Source: Chiloscyllium plagiosum
Taxonomy: Eukaryota
DNA length: 40,029 nucleotides
NCBI RefSeq assembly: GCF_004010195.1
Contig: NW_025215365.1
Coordinates: 1-40,029 of the forward strand
Direction of reading: 5' to 3'
Under the pieces are notes generated by a model. It saw only the letters and a program-made list of their open reading frames with translations, did not search any database and had not been told where the DNA came from. Numbering within the stretch: the first letter of the stretch is position 1; each line of letters starts with the position of its first letter. This document shows positions 11,755 through 21,494 of this stretch, piece by piece. The translations under genes and the position numbers were made by a program.

Positions 11755-11930
11755 GGACCTGCATTTATGTAGCAACTGAGTCGACCTGGAGAGGCCCCAA
11801 CGTTTGAAGAATCAGGAAGGTACTTTTGAAATGTCATAGCTGTTGGGTCACAGCAAGGTCCCAGAAACGGCAATAATGATGGCCAGCTGCTTTCTGTCGG
11901 CAGCGATGCAGGCCGAGGGGTGGGTATCGA
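11755..11930 (-). mobile_element. Ancient DeuSINE-like (SacSINE1-type) fragment
   Basis: gcatttatgtagc...tacttttgaa...cacagcaaggtccca...atggccag, similar to 17510-17600 and 17925-18010. Family assigned from memory. Confidence 0.5.
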
Positions 11931-12384
11931 GGGGCGAGTGGGGCTTTAAGAGAAACCAGGGCGGGTCGCCATAAACTCTGTGCTCAACCATTTGCAAAAG
12001 AAATGTGTTTCCGGGCCTGGGACAAAAACGAGTCTATCAGCCAGGAGTCAATCAGCTCAGGCAGTCTAGCCCTGCTTTACTGACAGGCATTATAACAGCT
12101 CCCTTAATTCCTACTGCTCCGAGCTCGGATCTCATTAATCATCTGTCAGCACCATCCAGGCATCTCCACTTCATAACCCACACCTTCCCAGACAACATCG
12201 GAATTGATCAGGAGGGAACGGGAAATGAAAATGATTTCCTTCCACAACAAAATTAGCCCAAGTCTCGCTCGGGGATGAAATCCTGCATGTTCCTATCATT
12301 TGAGTGGCTAGTTGGCTCCAAGATATATACAGCTAGAATTTATTGATTACCATGCAGAGGGAGCAGCAAAGATGGCTGTCCTTT

Positions 12385-13480
12385 TTTTTATTATTTGTGG
12401 GATGTGGGCATCACTGGCTGGGCCAGATTTTATTGCCTGTCCCTAGTTGCCCCTTGAGAAGGTGGGGGGGTGAGCTGCCTTCTTGAACCGCTGCAGTCCA
12501 CCTGCTGTGGGTTGACCCTCAATGCCCTCAGGGAGGGAATTCCAATAACAGTGAAGGAACGTCAGGATGAGTGAGAGGCTTGGATGGGGAACTTGTAGGG
12601 AGGCGGTTTTCCCATGTATCTGCTGCCCTATCCTTCTAGGTGGGTTTGGAATCTGAGAATCTTTGGTGAATTTCTGCAGTGCATCTTGTAGATGGTACAC
12701 ACTGCTGCTGCTGAGCATCGGTAGAGGAGGGAGTGGATGTTTGTGGATGCGGTGCCAATCAGGCGGCTGCTTTGTCCTGGATGGTGTCGAGCTTCTTGAG
12801 TGATGTTGGAGCTGCCCCCCATCCAGGCAGGTGGGAGTATCCCATCACACTCCTGATTTGTGCCTTGTAGATGGTGGCCAGGCTTTGGGGAGTCAGGAGG
12901 GCAGTGGCTTGCTGCAATATTCCTAGCCTCTGAGCTGCTCTTGTAGCCATTGTGTTTATGTGACGAACGAGCTTCTTGAGTGTTGTTGGAGCTGCACCCA
13001 TCCAGGCAGGTGGGAGTATCCCATCACACTCCTGATTTGTGCCTTGTAGATGGTGGCCACGCTTTGGGGAGTCAGGAGGGCAGTGGCTTGCTGCAATATT
13101 CCTAGCCTCTGAGCTGCTCTTGTAGCCATTGTGTTTATGTGACGAATCCAGTTGAGTTTCTGGCCTTGATAATGCCCAGGATGTTGATTATGGGGGGGGG
13201 TTCAGTTACACTAACACCATTACATGTCAAGGGACGGGGGTTAGATTGTTTCTTCGTGGTGATGGTTATACCTTGACATTCTTGTGGCGTGAAGGTAACT
13301 TGCCGCTTGTCAGCCCAGTCCAGATCTTGTTACATTTGAACACGGACTGCTTTAGTATCTGAGGAGCTGCAAATGGTGCTAAACATTGTGTAACCACTTC
13401 TGACCTTACTTTGGGTGGAAGGTTATTGATGGAGCAGCGGAAGATGGTTGGGCCTTGGACAATACTCTGCGGGACTCCTA
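12385..13480 (-). mobile_element. CR1-group LINE (second family), 3' ~1 kb
   Basis: Minus-strand GVPQSIVQGPTIF and HINTMATRAAQRLGIL..LTPQSLATIYKAQIRSVM..LDTIQDKAA. Same family as 21495-23080. Confidence 0.85.
12788..13146. repeat. ~180 bp tandem duplication within the LINE
   Basis: cgagcttcttgagtg...tgtttatgtgacgaa occurs at 12788-12967 and again at 12968-13146, with about 4 differences. Confidence 0.95.
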
Positions 13481-13883
13481 CAGAGATTTGAAAAAGACCC
13501 ATTTGTGCCCACTCTCAGCCATTCAGTCTTCTTTCCATGCCAATCTGTTGCCCCTTTGATTTTGCTTTATTCTCTTGAACTTATCCAAATGCCCTGCTTT
13601 AATTTAAATGGGAAGAATTGTGGATGCTGTAATGGCCCTGCCATAATCTGTTTAATTAGGCAGGACTTCCTGTTATTTTTTATTCCTTTGTCATTTTTTA
13701 AATTCATATCTTGCAAATACATTTTTAGGTAGCATCAGGGACAAGGTGACACATGTCACTACTCCCTGTGAGACACAGCCGACATAATCTGTATAATTTG
13801 ATGCATGTCTTGACAAAGCTGGACAATATGAAAACTGAATATTTTAACAGCTTGTTAAATTCAAATAGACTCTAATGAACTTA

Positions 13884-14098
13884 GGAGAAAGTGAGGACTG
13901 CTGATGCTGGAGATCGGAGCTGAAAATGTGTTGCTGGAAAAGCGCAGCAGGTCAGGCAGCATCCAAGGAGCAGGAGAATCGACGTTTCGGGCATAAGCCC
14001 TTCTTCAGGAAGAAGGGCTCATGCCCGAAACGTCGATTCTCCTGCTCCTTGGATGCTGCCTGACCTGCTGAGCTTTTCCAGCAACACAGTTTCAGCTC
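13884..14098. mobile_element. Palindromic Penelope terminal fragment (family A) with 14-bp TSD
   Basis: Inverted arms of ~90 bp centred near 14008. TSD ctctaatgaactta at 13870-13883 and 14096-14109. Confidence 0.9.
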
Positions 14099-14221
14099 TA
14101 ATGAACTTACTCCAGTTGCCAAAGGTTTGAAAAAGATTCATGAATGTTTAATGAATAAACTGTTGGCTTTCATCAGTAACTTTGCTTCCCTCACCCCCCA
14201 GTCATCATCAACTTCCAATCA

Positions 14222-14430
14222 CAGGGTCACAGAGATGGACAGCACGGAAACAGACCCTTCGGTCCACCCGTAACCTAATCTAGTCCCATTCACCAGCTCC
14301 CGGCCCATATCCCTCCAAACCCTTCCTATTCATATACCCATCCAGATGCCTTTTAAATGTTGCAATTGTACCAGCCTCCACCACTTCCTCTGGCAGCTCA
14401 TTCCACGCATGCGCCACCCTCTGTGTGAAC
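14222..14430 (-). mobile_element. CR1/HER1 3' end
   Basis: Reverse complement of the tail seen at 10700-10875. Confidence 0.88.
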
Positions 14431-14474
14431 TCAAGCAGACGAAATTCTTCCACTGGATAGAGATTGACCCATCA

Positions 14475-15180
14475 TGGGTTCATGTTTAACTGACTTACTG
14501 AGACTCTATGAGGACATTGCGAGGGTGATGGATAACGGGGAGCCGGTGAATGTGATGTACCTGGATTTTCAGAAGGTATTCGACAAGATGTCGCACAAAT
14601 GGCTGCTACATGAGATAAAGGTGCACGGTGTTACAGGTAATATTTTAGCATGGATAGAGGATTGGCTAACTAACAGAAAGGAAAGAGTGCGGATAAATGT
14701 TTTTTTTTCTAGTTGGCAATCAGCAGCTAGTGGTGTGTCTCAGGGATCAGTGTTGGAACTGCAATTGTTTGCAACTTACATTTGGAGTGGGGGCTCAAAT
14801 GTGGTGTGTCAAAGTTCACAGATGACGCTAAGATGAGCAGTAGAGCAAAGTGTGTAGAGGACACAGAAAGTCTGCAGAGGTTAAGTGAATGGGCAAGGGT
14901 CTGGCAGATGGACTACAATGTTGGTAAACGTGAGGTCATCTACCTTTGAAGAAATAACAACAAAATAGACTAATATCTAAAAGGTGAAAAATTGCAGCAT
15001 GCTGCTGTGCAGAGGGATCTGGGTGTCCTTGTGCATGGTTCACAAACAGTTGGTTTGTAGGTGCAGCAGGTAATTAAGAAAGTAAATGGAATATGGTCCT
15101 TCACTGATAGAGTGATGGAGTTTAAAAACAGGGAGGTTATGCTGCAGCTGTACAGGGCGCTGGTAAGGGTACACCTGGAG
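14475..15180 (+). mobile_element. CR1 RT fragment
   Basis: GSCLTDLL..YLDFQKVFDKMSH..WIEDWLTNRKERV..SGVSQGSVL. It stops abruptly at LVRVHLE (15180). Confidence 0.92.
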
Positions 15181-15181
15181 G

Positions 15182-15900
15182 ACCGAAAAGGTTGTGCCAT
15201 CTTCATTCACTGTGGAGACCTCAGAAGGAGGATTTAATATTGACCACACTCAAATTCTCCATAAATCGGGCGGCACGGTGGCACAGTGGTTAGCACTGCT
15301 GCCTCACAGCGCCAGAGACCCGGGTTCAATTCCCGCCTCAGGCGACTGTCTGTGTGGAGTTTGCACATTCTCCCCGTGTCTGCGTGGGTTTTCTCCGGGT
15401 GCTCCGGTTTCCTCCCACAGTCCAAAAATGTGCAGGATATGTGAATTGGCCACGCTAAATTGCCCATAGTGTTAAGTAAAGGGGTAAATGTAGGGGAACG
15501 GGTCTGGTTGGTTTGCGTTTTGGCGGGTCGGTGTGGACTTGTTGGGCCGAAGGGCCCGTTTCCACACTGTAAGTCATCTAATCTAATCCAGCTCCTCCCC
15601 TGAGCTTCAGAACCTGCATGAAGTGACAGAACTCACTGGGAAAGAGGGACTTCCTGAGGAATCCATGGGGGAAGGGAAATCTCGAAGCTGCGCTGAAAGC
15701 ATTGAAGAGGAATGCTCTTCTAATGGCAAAAATGAAAGCAATGACATTAACGTGAATACCAAACTGCAGACGACAGAAAATCAGCAAACCTCTCCAGTCG
15801 CTAAACAGTACAAGTCCGCCAGAGAGGCAGAGAAGTTCACAACGTGATAGTGTTCACAACAGTGTCGAATGCAGAAAGAAATCGAGTGGGTTTAGCCCAG
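15182..15900 (+). pseudogene. TSC2: Orphan, decayed fragment of the large TSC2 (tuberin) exon (human exon 34 equivalent), interrupted by an HE1 SINE
   Basis: Removing SINE 15268-15588 gives TEKVVPSSFTVETSEGGFNIDHTQILHK-SSSSPELQNLHEV...MGEGKSRSCAESIEEE. This matches human TSC2 IERVVSSEG...QPLSKSSSSPELQTLQDI...EVKARSQSGTLDGE (recalled). After frameshifts it reads RGREV..TTVSNAER and GFSP-AG|gttatg, matching RGKRV..TASNAEK..GINPS|intron. No other TSC2 exon is seen in the window. Confidence 0.85.
15268..15588 (+). mobile_element. HE1 V-SINE inserted in the TSC2 fragment
   Basis: Full-length with ctaatctaatc tail; aatc on both sides (15264-15267 and 15585-15588). Confidence 0.95.
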
Positions 15901-16037
15901 GTTATGTCGAAAGAGTTTAGAGAGGCTGAATATAAGACTTTATACAGTAACTGTCCACAAACCCTGGCAGTCAAAAAGCATTTGATTGTTAATAAAGTGG
16001 TCTTGAAGTGTGGTTCCCATTATCATACACTGTAAGA

Positions 16038-16173
16038 GGAGAAAGTGAGGTCTGCAGATGCTGGAGATCAAAGTTGAAACTTTATTGCTGGAACAGCACA
16101 GCAGGTCAGGCAGCATCCAGGGAACAGGAGATTCGACGTTTCGGGCACAGGCCCTTCTTCAGGAAGGGCCTGT
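16038..16173 (-). mobile_element. Penelope terminal fragment (family A) with very short inverted arm and 8-bp TSD
   Basis: ggagaaagtgagg...cccttcttcagg-aagggcctgt. TSD ctgtaaga at 16030-16037 and 16170-16177. Confidence 0.85.
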
Positions 16174-16409
16174 AAGATCCAACTAACAGTCATTCAATTG
16201 GATAAAAAAAAGTCCCAATTACTTATATTAGCAAATTGTTCTATTTACGCGTGCTAGAGGTCAAAACAGGACTTGGGTGCAAAGGTTCCTGACAATGATC
16301 ATGAGATAATTCCCATTTTCAATAATGAACATTTTATTGATTTGACCACTGTAATCCATTTAAAAATAATTGATCAATGTAAAAGATTAGTGATAGTGAA
16401 CGAATTATT

Positions 16410-17405
16410 AGAAGGATGCTATTAAAATTGAAAGGGTTCAGAAGAGATTTACCAGGATGTTGCTGCGGATGGAAGATTTGAGTTATAAGGAGAGGCTGGA
16501 TAAACTCGGACTTTTTCTTTCCCTGGAAAGGGTGAGCTTATAGAGGTTTATAAAATCATGAGGGATATAGATAAGGTGAATAGCAAGTGCCTTTTCCCCA
16601 GGGAGATTTCAAGACTAGGGATTTCATATTATAGAGTCATAAAGATGTACCGCACGGAAACAGACCCTTCGGTCCAACCCGTCCATGCTGACCAGATATC
16701 CTAACTCAAGCTAGTCCCACCTGCCAGTACCCGGCCCGTATCCCTCCAAACCCTTCTTAATCATGTACCCATCCAATTGTACCAGCCTCCACCACTTCCT
16801 CTGGCAGCTCATTCCATACACGCACCACCCTCTGCGTGAAAAAAGTTGTCCCTTAGGTCTCTTTTATATTAGATTAGATTACTTACAGTGTGGAAACAGG
16901 CCCTTCGGCCCAACAAGTCCACACCNNNNNNNNNNNNNNNNNNNNNNNNNNNNNNNNNNNNNNNNNNNNNNNNNNNNNNNNNNNNNNNNNNNNNNNNNNN
17001 NNNNNNNNNNNNNNNNNNNNNNNNNNNNNNNNNNNNNNNNNNNNNNNNNNNNNNNNNNNNNNNNNNNNNNNNNNNNNNCAACAGTGGCCTAACCAATGTC
17101 CTGTACAGCCGCAACATGACCTCCCAACTCCTCTACTCAATAAAGAAAGATTTAAAGAGGACATGAGAAGCAACGTTTGTAAACGGAGAGTGGTTCATTT
17201 GTGGAATGAACTCCCCAATGATGTGATGAATGCGGGTACAGTTACAATGTTTAAAAGACATTTAATGGATAAGTCCATGAATAGGAAAGGGTTTGGAGGG
17301 ATATGGACTAAACACAGGCAAGGCGGGACTAGGGTACTTTGGGAAATATGGTCGGCATGGACTGGTTGGACTGAAGGGTCTGTTTCCATGCTGTATGATT
17401 CAATG
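16410..17405 (+). mobile_element. CR1 3' end (16410-16620 and 17141-17405) with nested antisense CR1 tail (16630-16868), HE1 tail (16869-16925), gap and antisense CR1 piece
   Basis: RKDAIKIERVQKRFTRML-like sequence at 16410; resumes KERFKEDMRSNVCKRRVVHLWNELP at 17142. Confidence 0.85.
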
Positions 17406-17509
17406 TAATGTGGCTGAGATGACTGATTTCTAACAACCACAATCATCTTCCAGAACTAATCGCTACACTACATAAATTGGGCACTCACACTGCAGAAGAT
17501 GAAGAAGGA

Positions 17510-18060
17510 AAGACAGATATTGTATTTCAATTTAATTCAGTGTGAAATTGAAAAAGTGGTAGCCAATTTACACACAGCAAGTTCCTCGAAGCCAGAGTGT
17601 AGTGATTTATTTATTCATTCACAGAATGAGAGCATCATTGGGCAGGCCAGCCTTTATTACCCATCCCTAATTGCTCAGAGGGCAGTTTAGCATCAACCAC
17701 ATGCCTGGAGTCACTTGCAGACCAGACCAAGTAAGGATGAGATTTCCTTCCAAGAAGGACATTAATGAACTGGATGGGATTTTCCTAACAATAGACAATT
17801 TCAGAGTTTTATTAAATTCAATTCTCACTTTCACGCTTTGGCGGGAATCAAACTCAAACCTTGTGGCATTATCACTGGATTAACAGTCCAGTGATAATGC
17901 CACAAGGCAAACGCCTCACCCTATGACCTGATAGATCTGTTTTAGGCATCAGTTAATGGATAAGTATTGTCCTAAATATTGATTGCCTCACCAAGATGAG
18001 AGATCAAACATCACCCTCCTCCTCACCAATGGAGTCAGGGATTTGACACTCACCCTTGGC
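17510..18060 (-). mobile_element. DeuSINE-like remnant interrupted by another minus-strand repeat (17605-17920)
   Basis: agccaatttacacacagcaag...atgacctgatagatctgttttagg..ggataagtattg. The inner repeat begins atttatttattcattcacagaatgagagcatc, like the LINE tail at 12385. Confidence 0.5.
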
Positions 18061-18499
18061 AGCACTGACCTCTCCCATCCTAGAGAACCACAGACCATGA
18101 TGCCCAATGAAGTGGTTTCACTCCAGGAAGCCAGTCCTGACAGTCACACCAAACCTATCCCCTGGGTGGGGGACCAATCAATGGCGTCGGACTGTTCAAA
18201 ACCCAGAGGGGATAGGGCAGATTGATTTTCTATGTGCTGCTGCTTCCCAACAAAACCTCCATCCCCGGGGGGGGGTTCAAAATGTAAAAACACCTCCCAG
18301 ATGGTCACTTCAAGAGTCATCGAGCAGAAGCGATGTCTTGAGGAAAGGATGAGGTCAAAGAAGTAGTGACAGACGATTATCTGATCTTGGTCTTGAATGC
18401 TCTTGGTGACACTGTCCAGTGAAGTGGTTGCCTTCAGGAATGTCACTGGGAAAACTGCTGGATAACGTTAACATTGCAAGAACCAATGCATGTCTCACA

Positions 18500-18912
18500 C
18501 AACTAGACAGTGTAAACACAGGAAGGATGTTTCTGATGAGCAGGGAGCCCAGAACCAGAGGTCACGGTGTCGGCCATTTTGGATTGAGGTCAGGAGAAAA
18601 GTCTTCACCCAGAGAGTCGGCACGCCTGTGGAATCCTCTGTGTCAGAAAGCAGTTGAAGACAAAATACTGAATGTTTTCAAGAAGGAATTAGATATTGAT
18701 CTTAGGGCTAAAGGGATCAAAGGATATGGGGAGGAAGCAGAAACAGGGTAAGGAATTGTATGGGGTGTGCGGTGCTGGAAAAGCACAGCAGGTCAGGCAG
18801 CATCCGAGGAGCTGGAAAATCGACATTTCGGGCAAAAGCCTGATCAGACATGGGCATATGGAATAGTAGGGTCGGCCTGAAAGGCTACTGCTGCTCCTAT
18901 TTTCTGTGTTTC
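18500..18912 (+). mobile_element. CR1 3' end with a small Penelope terminal fragment (18768-18842)
   Basis: EPRTRGH...LWNPLCQKAVE..FKKELD peptide; inserted gctggaaaagcacagcaggtcaggcagcatcc. Confidence 0.8.
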
Positions 18913-19092
18913 GATCTCCATCAGGCTGGTTGGACCTGTGTTAGTATTGAGTAATGCAGATCCCATGATGCTCCCTCTCCCGCCTCCCCAATTAGTGTAT
19001 GGTTACCTTAAATTGGTGATGCCTCCACTGAAACCAAATCAAGTCAGGAACACGCTACTGAACGCACGGACCTGCGTCCAATTCCACCCTTG

Positions 19093-19350
19093 GCTCATGC
19101 TGTAGGCAGCTGTACGTTCTCCCCGTGTCTGCGTGGGTTTCCTCCGGGTGCTCCGGTTTCCTCCCACAGTCCAAAGATGTGAGGTGCACTGGCCATGCTA
19201 AATCCCCCATGGTGTCCAGGGAAAAGGGGGTGGAGGTTGTGTGGTTAGACTCAGTGGGGGCGGGGGGAGGGCTCGGGTTGGGATGCTCTTCAAAGAGTTG
19301 CTGCAAAATTGATGGGCTGAATGGTCTCTTTCCACACTGGAGAGATTCTC
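19093..19350 (+). mobile_element. Headless HE1-like SINE
   Basis: V-domain ttctccccgtgtctgcgtgggtttcctccgggtgctccggtttcc. Confidence 0.8.
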
Positions 19351-19359
19351 ACGTAGCCA

Positions 19360-21010
19360 GGGAAAGTCACTGCAGAGACATAACAAGGAGGTCATGCCTG
19401 ACGAACCTCAGTGAATTTTTTTGAAAAGATGATTAAGCTAGTGGACTGAGGAATGTCTATGGATATTATTTATATGGTCTTCCAGAAGGCACTTTAAAAA
19501 AATCCCACAGAAGAGACTGTTAACCCCGGATAGAAACCCATGGAATTGTGGGTAAGTTACTGACATGGCTGGGAAATTGGTTGAGTGGCAGGCAACAGAA
19601 AATAGTGCTACTGTGTAGGTGCTGAAATGAGCAGGATGTGGCCAGTGGTGTCTTACAAGGATCAATGTTAGAGTCTCAATTATTCACATTATTTATTAAC
19701 GACTTGGATAACGGCAGAAAAAGCCATTTATCCAAACTTGCTGACGACACAAATTTAGGCCGCGCTGTAGACCGTGTGCAGGATGGTTTATCAATACCCC
19801 TTTGAAATTTTATGCTAAGTGCATGGGTAAATTGTAGCCGATGGAGTTTAATGTACACAAGTGTGAGGTTACCCATTTTCCGGTGAAAAATGTTAGATCT
19901 GGGTATTGTCCAGATGGTATGAGGTTAATTACAGTGGCTGTCCAAAGAGACTTGGGTGTTCAAGTGCATAGATCTTTAATGGAGAAAATAATCAGGCCGG
20001 CTACTAGAGTGCTGGCCTTTATACCGAGGGGACTGGAGTATGAGGATGAAGACATTACGCTAACGTTTTACAAAATGCTGGTTAGATTGCACTTGGAGTG
20101 CTGTGAGCAGGATGCATTAGCCTTGGAGGGATTATGCAAATTAGGTCAGCTCTCTCGACAATTTGGAAGGTTAAGGGATGATCCGAACAAAATCTTCAAG
20201 ATATCAACAGGAAAACAGCCAGTAAATAAACTATTTCAACTGGTTGAGGATTCTAGAACGAGAGGGCATAGTCATGAGCTTTGGGGTCAGACTGCTCTGG
20301 TTAGATGTTAGGAAGTAATTTTACACACGCAGGGTGGCTGAGGTTTGTAATTCTCTTCCACAAATGGCAGTGGATCAGTTGTTAATTTTAAATCTGCGAC
20401 AGATAGATTGTTGTTAAGCAAAGTTATTAAGGAATATAGGCCATTGGTGGTTTTATGGAGTTAGGACAGAGATCAGCCGTGATCAGTGGTTAGCACTGCT
20501 GCCTCACAGCACCAGGGACCCAGGTTCGATTCCAGCCTCAGTCGACTGTCAGTGTGGAGTTTGCACATTCTCTCCGTGTCTGCGTGGGTTTCCTCCGTGT
20601 GCTCCGGTTTCCTCCCACAGTCCAAAGATGTGCAGGTTAGGTGAATTGGTCATGCTAAATTGCTCATAGTGTTAGGCGCATTAGTCAGGGGTAAATATAG
20701 GGTAAGGGAATGGATCTGGGTTTGGAGGTTTGGTGTGGACTTGATTAGAATCCCTACAGTGTGGAAACAGGCCCTTCGGCCCAACAAGTCCACCCCGACC
20801 CTCCAAACAGTAACCCACCCAGACCCATTCCCCACATTTACCCCTAACTAATGCACCTAACACTTTGGGCGATTTAGCACGGCCAATCCACCTGACCTGA
20901 GCTGCGTTGACGGGCCAAAGGGCCTCTTTCCATACCGTAGGGAATCGAACCTAATGTCAGTGAACGGTGGAACAGGCTCAAGGGGCTGAATGGCCTCCTC
21001 CTGTTCCTGT
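19360..21010 (+). mobile_element. Degenerate CR1 RT and 3' end, with SINEs inserted at 20484-20950
   Basis: RSCLTNLSEFF, SKLADDT, MEFNVHKCEV, RDLGVQV, LVRLHLECC and SRTRGHS motifs. Confidence 0.88.
20484..20950. mobile_element. HE1 SINE (+) containing an antisense HE1 3' half (20743-20899)
   Basis: The plus copy runs to gtggacttg (20743), then an inverted tail follows, then the plus tail resumes at about 20906 (ttgacgggccaaagggcc). Confidence 0.88.
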
Positions 21011-21494
21011 GATGAAAACCAAGTCCATCAGATGGGTTCTCAGGGCCTTGCTGAAAGAAGGAGCAAACGTTCCAGATTAGGGAGCCACATAAGCAGTTTC
21101 AGAATGCCTTTCCAGAGGAGATTGACATAAATGCGCTAAACAGTGTTGGCGTGCCATTCCAGAATTCTATTTGCACAGCAGCCATAATGCCTGAGAAAAC
21201 CCTGAACAGAGGCTTGCAGTGGTAATGTTCGTTTGCCATTGCACAATGCCCTGGCCATCATTTCATCTGCAGCAAGGCAGAGCAACGTGCGAACCTGACC
21301 TGACTGAACCATCACCTCCTCCGCTTCATTCACTTGTCAGAGAGCGACAGGAGGACTGTGGGTACTCGACACACCACGATCCCCTCCACCATTAACAGTT
21401 TAAACAGGGCACTGGGAGACAATAGGTCGAACCCTGACTTGGAGTCTAAGGTTCAGTCCTCGACACTGCTGTGTATTTATAAAAACGTTGCTTT

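Noticed and set aside
15623..15847. 74-aa ORF as an independent small gene or processed pseudogene
   Set aside because: It is part of the TSC2 exon fragment. The stop results from a frameshift, and homology ends at a splice donor rather than at a next exon or poly(A).
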